Below are positions 38,210 to 45,930 of a DNA stretch of 64,000 bases, piece by piece. Each line of letters starts with the position of its first letter. Position 1 is the stretch's first letter. Under the pieces are notes generated by a model. That model was not told where the DNA came from, did no database searches, and was given only the letters and a program-made list of their open reading frames with translations. Origin of the DNA: Candidatus Phycocordibacter aenigmaticus (GTDB lineage: Bacteria; Patescibacteriota; Minisyncoccia; Phycocordibacterales; Phycocordibacteraceae); NCBI GenBank assembly GCA_045401115.1, contig CP174359.1, forward strand, positions 547,247-611,246, written 5' to 3'. Both the position numbers and the translations under genes were made by a program.

Positions 38210-38779
38210 TTACTCTATCATCTGGTTTTCACTATCTCTATCGATATTAGAGCGTTCATTATATGTATTATGCACGCGACGTTCTGCTTCTTCTTCACTC
38301 AAACGCTCTCCTGAAACTGTTTCCGCATACTCCGCAGCTTGCTCAACCACCTCAGCTGAAGGCGTACACTTATACTCGTCATCATTCACGTCATACGCAT
38401 CTCTACATTCACGTATACAAACCCACTCACCATAGGACATATCATTTACCCGCGTCACACCAGATTCATATGCATCCTTAAAGTCTAACCGTGTTTGTTT
38501 GTATGGCGCATACCAATAACCGGCTTTAAATTCAGAACCATCTGCAGCAACAAAATCATGTGTGCAAAGCGCTGCCATGCGTCCCTCAAATTTAAGTACT
38601 AAACAATCATCAACAATAATTGTGAATCCTTCTCTCATTGAAGTGAAGAGTCGTGATTCTGCAGAACTACAAAGTGTATATTCATGATCGCTTTCTGGAA
38701 TAACCCGCGCCTCAGTCATAGGAAATTGAGGCCTCAGAAAACTTATTGGTTTTTCATAATTACCATTCCGCATACACAA
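38210..38779 (-). CDS. hypothetical protein
   Basis: 189 aa; acidic C-terminus; no recognised domain. Confidence 0.4.
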   Translation of the reverse strand: MCMRNGNYEKPISFLRPQFPMTEARVIPESDHEYTLCSSAESRLFTSMREGFTIIVDDCLVLKFEGRMAALCTHDFVAADGSEFKAGYWYAPYKQTRLDFKDAYESGVTRVNDMSYGEWVCIRECRDAYDVNDDEYKCTPSAEVVEQAAEYAETVSGERLSEEEAERRVHNTYNERSNIDRDSENQMIE

Positions 38780-38854
38780 TGTTGCAACATTAAGAGTATA
38801 TAACTATGACATATATAATATATATGTCAATTTTCACTATAATAAAGTACGAAT

Positions 38855-38880
38855 AAACAGCTCACCTAGGTGAGCTGTTT
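38855..38880. terminator. palindromic terminator (AAACAGCTCACC-TA-GGTGAGCTGTTT)
   Basis: 12-bp perfect stem; A/T-rich flanks; sits between convergent genes. Confidence 0.6.
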
Positions 38881-38914
38881 ATGTGAGGTCAATAGTATGT
38901 AATTTTAGAATCAC

Positions 38915-39400
38915 TTATTCTACAACCGGTACAATTTCCTTTATTACCACTGGGTCCACAGGACGATCTTGTGCTTCTGTTGGTACTACTTGAATCGCTT
39001 CTACAATATCCATACCTTCTGTCACCTTTCCAAACACCGTATGTTTATCATCAAGGAAATTATTATCGGCAACATTAATAAAGAACTGACTTCCGTTCGT
39101 ATCAGGCCCGGCGTTTGCCATAGCAATAGTGCCCACTTCATTTCTGTTGTGTTCATGAATCTCGTCGGCAAAACTATAGCCAGGACCACCAGTTCCCCAC
39201 ATTTCCTGCGCAGTATCATCTTTAGTTAATGGGTCCCCTCCTTGAATCATAAACCCAGGAATAATACGGTGAAATTTCACCCCATTATAGAAACCTTCTG
39301 TAGCAAGTTTTATAAAATTCTCAACTGTATGTGGTGCATCTGTATCATTAAGTTCAATGGTAATGTCCCCCATTGATGTTTTCATTATTACTGTTTTCAT
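38915..39400 (-). CDS. ppiB: peptidyl-prolyl cis-trans isomerase (cyclophilin type)
   Basis: 161 aa; cyclophilin signature FHRIIPGFMIQGGDP and downstream conserved residues. Confidence 0.9.
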   Translation of the reverse strand: MKTVIMKTSMGDITIELNDTDAPHTVENFIKLATEGFYNGVKFHRIIPGFMIQGGDPLTKDDTAQEMWGTGGPGYSFADEIHEHNRNEVGTIAMANAGPDTNGSQFFINVADNNFLDDKHTVFGKVTEGMDIVEAIQVVPTEAQDRPVDPVVIKEIVPVVE

Positions 39401-39473
39401 ATTACGTTTTTCTTTTTATTTATTTTTGAGCAGTATACCATTCTCTATAGAAGTCGTACTGTTGCCATAATAT

Positions 39474-39734
39474 TTATTTATGCGGATCAGTCACCTCAAT
39501 GATGTGTTGGAGTGATTTCGGCAGACGTTTGTATAAGGCACGGATGGTGCTTTCAAAGCCTGGGCGCGCAAGACGTTGTGTCTTAATAAGACGCTGCATC
39601 CAAGGCTCTGAAATAGCAAGCACCAACGCACCCAACGCGATAAGTAATAGCCCAACTGGGACTGGAAGTGGAAATAAGAGCAACCCAATAGCAACTAAGG
39701 TGAGTCCAAAAACATCAAGAGAAAAACGCTTCAT
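39474..39734 (-). CDS. small hypothetical membrane protein
   Basis: 86 aa; one or two TM helices. Confidence 0.35.
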   Translation of the reverse strand: MKRFSLDVFGLTLVAIGLLLFPLPVPVGLLLIALGALVLAISEPWMQRLIKTQRLARPGFESTIRALYKRLPKSLQHIIEVTDPHK

Positions 39735-39800
39735 CTCTGTTCAGTATACCAACCCCTATTACACATCAAAAAACCCTTATTGGGTTGGCGGTACTAATAT

Positions 39801-40523
39801 TTAGTGGTGTATCTTTCCAAAAAGTAAGCGCTGCACACCACTACCCACAATACTAATCAGTAGCCCAAAAAGAAGGAGACCGGTAAACCGAGCGCTGATG
39901 GTAATCAACTCTCCCCATATCGTCACTGGTACCGTTTGCGGTATACCGCCGAGGATTATCTTTGCTGACCAAATCATTGCCTGAGGAATGCTTGAAAAAG
40001 CTTCCCGTGTACCTTCTGTGATGTACATAAGACTGGCAAAAATTATCACAGAAGAAAAAAGCGTCAGTACGTAGATACGCAATTTATAGCTATGTAGAAG
40101 ATCTTCCTCTTCTTCGGAAGGAGCATCTTTATTTTCCTTCACCGCACGCGTCAGTTTTGCCAATCGCAGTACACGTAAAAAGCGAAGAATACGGACCATA
40201 CGCGCTGTTTTAAGAAAGGTAAGGTTCGTGAGTCCTGTGTAGGTAGGTATAATGGCAAGTAAATCAATAATGCCAAAAAAACTAATCATATAACGCAGTG
40301 GGTTTTTATGGGCAAGTACGCGACCAATGTATTCTAGAGAAAAGAAAAATACAGTGAAGTATTCAACTGCGGTAAAAAACGGTTGATATGATGCTAACGA
40401 TTGTACTGTTTCAAGCACAATGCCAGCAACAGACAAAAGTGTGATTGCTGCAAGAAAATTATTGGTAGGTGTAAAATAACGAGCTGTTGGCTCATAAAAT
40501 ACCTTCTGCAAAAAACTTCTCAT
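39801..40523 (-). CDS. ion-transport (voltage-sensor-containing cation channel family) protein
   Basis: 240 aa; S4-like segment with Arg at every third position (RILRFLRVLRLAKLTR); S5-pore-S6-like C-terminus; no TVGYG selectivity filter. Confidence 0.55.
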   Translation of the reverse strand: MRSFLQKVFYEPTARYFTPTNNFLAAITLLSVAGIVLETVQSLASYQPFFTAVEYFTVFFFSLEYIGRVLAHKNPLRYMISFFGIIDLLAIIPTYTGLTNLTFLKTARMVRILRFLRVLRLAKLTRAVKENKDAPSEEEEDLLHSYKLRIYVLTLFSSVIIFASLMYITEGTREAFSSIPQAMIWSAKIILGGIPQTVPVTIWGELITISARFTGLLLFGLLISIVGSGVQRLLFGKIHH

Positions 40524-40665
40524 TACACGCAGTATACGGTAGAAGATGTTTTTTTTATGAACATATAAATAATTCTGTGAATTACAGACTCTCTCAAATG
40601 TAACCTCTGTTGTGTGTCAAGGACATCCCTTGACTGGGTCTTGTTTTAAGCCGCCAAATGTATCT

Positions 40666-40688
40666 GTAGCAAGGACCGACCTCGCTAC
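40666..40688 (-). repeat. hairpin of the GGTCGGTCC-loop family (GTAGCGAGG-TCGGTCC-TTGCTAC on the minus strand)
   Basis: First member of a six-member hairpin family between 40.6 and 44.9 kb. Confidence 0.5.
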
Positions 40689-40825
40689 AGAAAATTCAAA
40701 CATCGTGCGCCGTATCTTTATGCAGTAGCGCCTTTAGGTTTTTCCTTTTTAGGTTTCTTTTTTTCTTTTCGTCTATCTTGTCCTTTTGACATATACGTAT
40801 ATAAGTTCGAGCGTAGTATAGCACC

Positions 40826-41128
40826 CTACTGAGATGTATCTTTATCCTTTGGAAATCCCCACTGCCATTTTGGCGGCTCCCCTTTCCAATATCCAATGGC
40901 AATAATTATCGCTACCATAACAATAAGGATGGCGAAGTATTCAAGCACCTTCTCTTCGACAAGTAAAAACTGCGCGGCGAGTACCAACACCGCAACAGCA
41001 GCGAGCACTACCAACCACCCCTGCCAGGTCACCGGTGTCCAACCCCAACCGAACACCTTCCGTTTAAACCAATACTCTTCGGGATTGTCTTTATAATAGG
41101 CGACAAATTTTTTAATCCAGTTCATATA
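40826..41128 (-). CDS. hypothetical membrane protein
   Basis: About 100 aa from MNWIKKF...; two TM helices; Trp-rich; start moved to the internal Met to avoid a 59-nt overlap. Confidence 0.4.
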   Translation of the reverse strand, partial: YMNWIKKFVAYYKDNPEEYWFKRKVFGWGWTPVTWQGWLVVLAAVAVLVLAAQFLLVEEKVLEYFAILIVMVAIIIAIGYWKGEPPKWQWGFPKDKDTSQ

Positions 41129-41153
41129 TTTAATTATAATATTTATTAATGCG

Positions 41154-41759
41154 TTAGAGGGCACTCTCCCCTTCAAAATCAGGCACCACAATACCCCACT
41201 GCATGCGCTCAAGGTCGAGTTTCAGATACGCACTTTTTCCAATACTTGGTTGTGTTGTCATCGGTTCACCCGGCGCGCGATCGACATAATTCACTACCAC
41301 CACATTTACGTGACGCGGGTTGGGACTCTCCCCAATTGTTTGTGGAGCAACACGATCACCGAGTAAGTAGCCGTCTGAGCCGACATAGCCGTCTTCAGTG
41401 TTTAGTGCGGCAACTGCATAGTAGAATGTGCCACTTCCGCCGGTCTCCTGGGTAAGCAAGAACACCACATCATCACGGCCATCATCGTTAAGGTCAGTCA
41501 CAAATTCATTGCCAAAATAACGAGTGACTGTTTTTGATTCAGCATTGGAACCTGTGTCCGTTTCGGCAATACCGTTTTTAAGCATCACGTTCTGTCCATC
41601 AATACTGTATTCTATATTTTTATAATCAGAAGCAGTAACTACCGGTGCCTGAGCAGTATCGTCTTTTTGTAATCCGTATAGCATAAAAGCACCCCCAAGT
41701 AGCACTACTGCTGCGATAGCAAGGAGGATATTTTTGTGTTTTGAGTGGCGCATGAACAT
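41154..41759 (-). CDS. hypothetical secreted or membrane-anchored protein
   Basis: 201 aa; N-terminal signal/anchor (ILLAIAAVVLLGGAFMLYG). Confidence 0.45.
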   Translation of the reverse strand: MFMRHSKHKNILLAIAAVVLLGGAFMLYGLQKDDTAQAPVVTASDYKNIEYSIDGQNVMLKNGIAETDTGSNAESKTVTRYFGNEFVTDLNDDGRDDVVFLLTQETGGSGTFYYAVAALNTEDGYVGSDGYLLGDRVAPQTIGESPNPRHVNVVVVNYVDRAPGEPMTTQPSIGKSAYLKLDLERMQWGIVVPDFEGESAL

Positions 41760-41851
41760 AGTATGTAGGGGTTAGATTATAAGAACACTTCAGTGCTGAT
41801 TATAGCAAGGGTTTAGTGGCAAGGTCGGTCCTTGAAAAAATGTGTGGCGAG

Positions 41852-42043
41852 TTAAGATAGTTTTGCTAAGAAGCGGTATATCACGAGCGGTACCCAGATT
41901 AAAAAGCTGGCTAAGCCAATTATAAAAAAGGTTACGGGAATTTTCTCAAATGAAACCGGTTCCAGCCAAATCATAGCAAGCACAGAGACGGCACAAATGA
42001 GCATTGCGCTCCAAAACATCCATAAGCTTATTTTTTCAGTCAT
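41852..42043 (-). CDS. small hypothetical membrane protein
   Basis: 63 aa; two TM helices. Confidence 0.3.
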   Translation of the reverse strand: MTEKISLWMFWSAMLICAVSVLAMIWLEPVSFEKIPVTFFIIGLASFLIWVPLVIYRFLAKLS

Positions 42044-42106
42044 TACCTAACCATACCCCTCGCCTTGCCTATAGGTTACGTACCGTTTACAGATCCTTAG
42101 TTTGTT

Positions 42107-42553
42107 ATGATACATAACATGGATATATTCCACGCATGGCACACTATGCTCAATATGCCAAAACATGATGAGGCGTGGCACAGGAAAGATATGGCGGATG
42201 AGCTGGCTGAATATAAAGAAGCGCACGGCTTAATAGATACATGGAGTGAATTGTCTGATGTTGTGTATACCTATACTCGTGCAAAATGGTCTAACCATAC
42301 CAACATCATTTTTCCTTTTTCAAAATTATCCTTTTATATAGGCGCGCTGTACATGTTTCCAAAGTACACTTTGCGTTGGAAATTTTTTCAAAAACTCGGT
42401 TATCAATTTGATAAAAATTTAAACATTCGTGAAGTACGCAACCCAAAGAAAATAGAAAAACTAAAAACGATTGCTGAAGCATACGACTTAGACACTGAAG
42501 AATTCGTTAGTGCTGCAAAGAGACTCATGCGTTATTGGTTTTTTCTTAAATAA
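42107..42553 (+). CDS. hypothetical protein
   Basis: 148 aa; no recognised domain. Confidence 0.4.
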   Translation: MIHNMDIFHAWHTMLNMPKHDEAWHRKDMADELAEYKEAHGLIDTWSELSDVVYTYTRAKWSNHTNIIFPFSKLSFYIGALYMFPKYTLRWKFFQKLGYQFDKNLNIREVRNPKKIEKLKTIAEAYDLDTEEFVSAAKRLMRYWFFLK

Positions 42554-42655
42554 ATACCCTGTCTCACGGTCGGTCCTTGAGACAGGTGGGAAAGGGTGCG
42601 TTGTGATACGATACGTAGAGTTAGTAGTATTCTTTAATTCACTTGTTTTAAAATT

Positions 42656-43792
42656 ATGATACAGAAAATAAGCCTCTTTCTTACCCTTTGTTTACTTGTT
42701 GTGACCGCACTGCCAAGCACCGCCCTGGCAGCACAGTTTGAAGTAGGTGAACAACCATCGCTTCCCACTGGCGCCATTATTGATGACGTCTACATGGCAG
42801 GAGGCAATGTGCATTCTGCAGCGGATATAACCGGTGACCTGGTTGCCGGTGGCGGTAATGTACTTATCGATGGTTCCATTTCTGAGGACTTAATAACTTC
42901 TGGAGGTTCAGTGACCATCACTGGCGCTGTTGGCGACGACCTGCGTGTTGCCGGTGGTGCAGTAACTATTACCGGTGCTATTGGCGGTGATGTGGTGGCG
43001 GGTACCGGGCAACTACACATCAGCGGTGAAGGCATCGGCGGCGATCTTGTATGGGGCGGCGGTATGTTGCAACTCAACGCACCGGTTGCCGGTAATGTAC
43101 GCCTCGGTGGCGGTGAAGTAATTATTAATGCACCTATTGAAGGTAGCGTAGAGTTTTACGGTGACACACTTATTCTCGGCAGCGATGCGTCTATCACTGG
43201 CACCTTGACCTATCAATCACCAAACGAAGTGATTATGAAAGATGGCGCAGTAGTAAACGGAGAGATCTCCTACGAACAAACAACACCTAAAGACATGGTT
43301 GATGTTTCAACGGTTGCCACTATTTTCTCTGTGGTGACACTTATTGCCTTCTTAATGTGGTTAGTCGCCGGTCTGGTGATTGGTCTTGTGTTCCGTCGCT
43401 ACACCACCACTGTTGTGACACACGCCCTTACGCGTCCTCTCGCATCTCTTGGGTATGGATTGAGTGCCGCTATCGTGCTCCCTATTATCTCCATTATCCT
43501 CCTCTTCACTATCATTGGTTTACCGTTTGCAGGTTTAGGCTTGATTGCCTTTGCTGGACTCATGTTGATGGGCGCTATTCTGACTCCGATTGCACTTGGC
43601 AGTTTGCTAATGAAATGGACTGACCGCCAACCTGAATATGTGGTGAACTGGAAGAGTATTCTCCTTGGTGTTCTGGTGTATATGCTTCTTGGTTTTGTTC
43701 CATTCATTGGTGGATTAGTGCAGCTCATTCTTACCATCATGGTGATTGGTGGCATCGTGAAGCTCAAGCTTGATATTGCTAAGGAATGGTAA
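42656..43792 (+). CDS. beta-helical repeat protein (bactofilin/DUF4097-like Gly-rich repeats) with signal peptide and four C-terminal TM helices
   Basis: 378 aa; about ten tandem ~17-aa repeats of the form GGxVxIxGxIxGDLxxxGG; hydrophobic C-terminal third. Confidence 0.5.
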   Translation: MIQKISLFLTLCLLVVTALPSTALAAQFEVGEQPSLPTGAIIDDVYMAGGNVHSAADITGDLVAGGGNVLIDGSISEDLITSGGSVTITGAVGDDLRVAGGAVTITGAIGGDVVAGTGQLHISGEGIGGDLVWGGGMLQLNAPVAGNVRLGGGEVIINAPIEGSVEFYGDTLILGSDASITGTLTYQSPNEVIMKDGAVVNGEISYEQTTPKDMVDVSTVATIFSVVTLIAFLMWLVAGLVIGLVFRRYTTTVVTHALTRPLASLGYGLSAAIVLPIISIILLFTIIGLPFAGLGLIAFAGLMLMGAILTPIALGSLLMKWTDRQPEYVVNWKSILLGVLVYMLLGFVPFIGGLVQLILTIMVIGGIVKLKLDIAKEW

Positions 43793-43834
43793 TACAAGGG
43801 GTGTAAACGACATCACACTTCCCTATTTACACTA

Positions 43835-43865
43835 AAAATAGCGAGGTCGGTCCTCGCTATTTTTA
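43835..43865. terminator. intrinsic terminator hairpin of the GGTCGGTCC-loop family (AAAATAGCGAGG-TCGGT-CCTCGCTATTTT)
   Basis: Stem of 10 bp or more with A-run and T-run; 3' of the 42656-43792 gene. Confidence 0.65.
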
Positions 43866-43884
43866 GTGGTTATGTATAAAAATT

Positions 43885-43913
43885 TCTCAAGACCAGTCCT
43901 TGAGATTTTTTTT
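43885..43913. terminator. bidirectional terminator (TCTCAAG-ACCAGTC-CTTGAGA-T8), loop variant of the same family
   Basis: 7-bp stem plus T8; 3' of the minus-strand gene 43925-44857. Confidence 0.65.
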
Positions 43914-43924
43914 GTTTTAAGGGG

Positions 43925-44857
43925 TTAGGTGTGTTTTTCTAAGAAGTGGTCAAAGGCCATCTTTCGAATGGTGTCTCCCTCAGCTGTAAGACTGTGACCG
44001 CTTGATTGGGCGATGACCAGCTCTGCATTATTCATTTTTCCGGCGAGTTCGTATGCTTTCTGCAGCGGGCAGAGTATGTCGTAGCGGCCATGCACTATCA
44101 CTGCCGGTATGTCTGCGATCTTATCGACGTTGTTGAGAATATAATTGTCCGGAATGAACTCATGATTCATTTCATAGTGAAGGAAAATGCGCACTGATGC
44201 GATATCGTCTTCAGTCACCTCTTCAGGGTCCTGGTATGATACGGCGGAAAGTGTTGAGAATAAGTTTCCTTCCCAGTCTTGCACCTCTGCGGCAAGTTCT
44301 CTTTGCTGTTCCGGAGTCGCCTCATCAAACGCTTTGAGTATGTCCTTGTTCTGCGATTCCACGTTAATGTTGAAGCGCTCAAAGAACTTCATGCGTTTCT
44401 CCCACACATCAGGCATAAGACGCGCGACACCCTTGGTGTCTTCCATACACCAAGCAATTGAATCGCGGTCTGCAAGGAATACTGCGGTAATCAAAATGCC
44501 ACGTACCTTCTCTGGGTGTTTAATGGCATACAGCAGTGCCAGTGTTGAACCCCAACTTCCACCTGAAACAAACCACTTTTCAATACCAAGCTGTTCTCTG
44601 ATTCTCTCGGCGTCATGAAGAAGGTGGTCGGTAGTATTGTGTTCCAACTCCCCGCTTGGCGTGCTTTTCCCACATCCGCGCTGGTCAAAGAGAATAACGC
44701 GGTAGGTATTCAAATCATATGATTTTGCATAGCGCGGCTTGCTGCGTGAACCTGGCCCGCCATGAAAGGACAGTATCGCCGGCCCCTCAGGGTTTCCGTA
44801 TTCAGAAAACGAAACAATATGTCCATCCTCCTCTGGTAGTTGGTGTTCTTTTTTCAT
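43925..44857 (-). CDS. pip: proline iminopeptidase (alpha/beta hydrolase, S33)
   Basis: 310 aa; HGGPGS oxyanion motif; nucleophile elbow GGSWGS; C-terminal His. Confidence 0.8.
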   Translation of the reverse strand: MKKEHQLPEEDGHIVSFSEYGNPEGPAILSFHGGPGSRSKPRYAKSYDLNTYRVILFDQRGCGKSTPSGELEHNTTDHLLHDAERIREQLGIEKWFVSGGSWGSTLALLYAIKHPEKVRGILITAVFLADRDSIAWCMEDTKGVARLMPDVWEKRMKFFERFNINVESQNKDILKAFDEATPEQQRELAAEVQDWEGNLFSTLSAVSYQDPEEVTEDDIASVRIFLHYEMNHEFIPDNYILNNVDKIADIPAVIVHGRYDILCPLQKAYELAGKMNNAELVIAQSSGHSLTAEGDTIRKMAFDHFLEKHT

Positions 44858-44890
44858 ATGTTTATGATACCAGATAACGAGGTCGGTCCT

Positions 44891-44926
44891 CGCTATTTTA
44901 AAAATAAACAGCTCAATGGGTTGAGC
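44891..44926. terminator. palindromic terminator (AAATAAACAGCTCAA-TGGG-TTGAGCTGTTTATTTTT), preceded at 44864-44889 by a GGTCGGTCC-loop hairpin
   Basis: 11-bp stem with A/T runs; 3' of the gene 44961-45911. Confidence 0.6.
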
Positions 44927-44960
44927 TGTTTATTTTTGTCTTATATTTATGAAATTTCTC

Positions 44961-45911
44961 CTATGACTCAGTACGGTTTTGCTTTTGTAGTGTGAACTGA
45001 ATTTTGTAAGTATAAAAGTCGATATTAGGGGCAACAGATAACGCTCGGTGTATTTTTACATCATCCTCAAATCCAATAATAGCGCCGCGCACTGTTTGTC
45101 CTGGCTCCGCAAGTTCTTCTTTTACATAGCCCATATAACGTTGAATCTGGCCCACCACGGTGTCAGTAACTCGACCACGTTTAAGTTCTACAACTAACAG
45201 GTTCCTTTTATCTTTACTGATTGCAAGAATGTCTATAGGGCCGGTATCACTGGGGTACTGCCTTCCAACCCTTTCGCCATCTACCTCATAGATATCATAT
45301 TTCTCACCAAGCTCCATGTGAGTCCAGTTATGTTCTAGGAAGTCTTCTAGATGCTTCTCTAAGGCAAATACGCTTGGGTCTTCAATTGTGGCATCGGCTG
45401 AAACGATAGTGGCTGGAGCCTTACCTTCTAGGAGTAATTTCAATTCTTCAGCATGAGCTGAAACGTTACTCACTGTTCCAATCGAACCTGCTGAATTACG
45501 TAATGATTCACTCATGTCTTCTCGAGCAATTGTTTGCTTATACCACTTAACAGGTCGACGATGCGGCAAAACCTTACCTGGGTGATATTCATAATCACCG
45601 ACCACTTCTGCAATGTGATATTTACCATCACCGCTCGGAGAAAGAACAACGTCACCAACACTAACACCTTTTATAATTGTATGGAGCATCCCGCACGCTA
45701 AACCAGCCGCTACTTTTGATTTTTCTGGATTCTGCTCAATGTAAACCGGTATAAATTCTTTATTAAAATCTCGCCATGCTTCCGGGATTTTGCCATTCAA
45801 ATCAATGTCTGGCAGCCAACCAGCACCAATAAAGCTCTCGTTTAGTGCGTCTTGTATGTGTGCACTTTTAGCACCCTGCATCACTCTGTAGTAGCTTTTC
45901 ATAATTCCCAT
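44961..45911 (-). CDS. nuclease with C-terminal NucS/DUF91-type PD-(D/E)xK domain and N-terminal unknown (possibly DNA-binding) domain
   Basis: 316 aa; C-terminal PIDILAISKDKRNLLVVELKRGRVTDTVVGQIQRYMGY (D...E-x-K...QxxxY) typical of the NucS C-domain; immediately downstream of hsdR. Confidence 0.55.
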   Translation of the reverse strand: MGIMKSYYRVMQGAKSAHIQDALNESFIGAGWLPDIDLNGKIPEAWRDFNKEFIPVYIEQNPEKSKVAAGLACGMLHTIIKGVSVGDVVLSPSGDGKYHIAEVVGDYEYHPGKVLPHRRPVKWYKQTIAREDMSESLRNSAGSIGTVSNVSAHAEELKLLLEGKAPATIVSADATIEDPSVFALEKHLEDFLEHNWTHMELGEKYDIYEVDGERVGRQYPSDTGPIDILAISKDKRNLLVVELKRGRVTDTVVGQIQRYMGYVKEELAEPGQTVRGAIIGFEDDVKIHRALSVAPNIDFYTYKIQFTLQKQNRTES

Positions 45912-45930
45912 TGTATCACTGGGTTATTTT

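Noticed and set aside
40696-40902. 68-aa basic ORF, and an alternative 24-aa Lys-rich ORF (MSKGQDRRKEKKKPKKEKPKGATA) at 40717-40791
   Set aside because: Overlaps the C-terminus of the 40826-41212 membrane-protein gene in another frame and has low complexity; the tiny Lys-rich ORF is plausible but unsupported.
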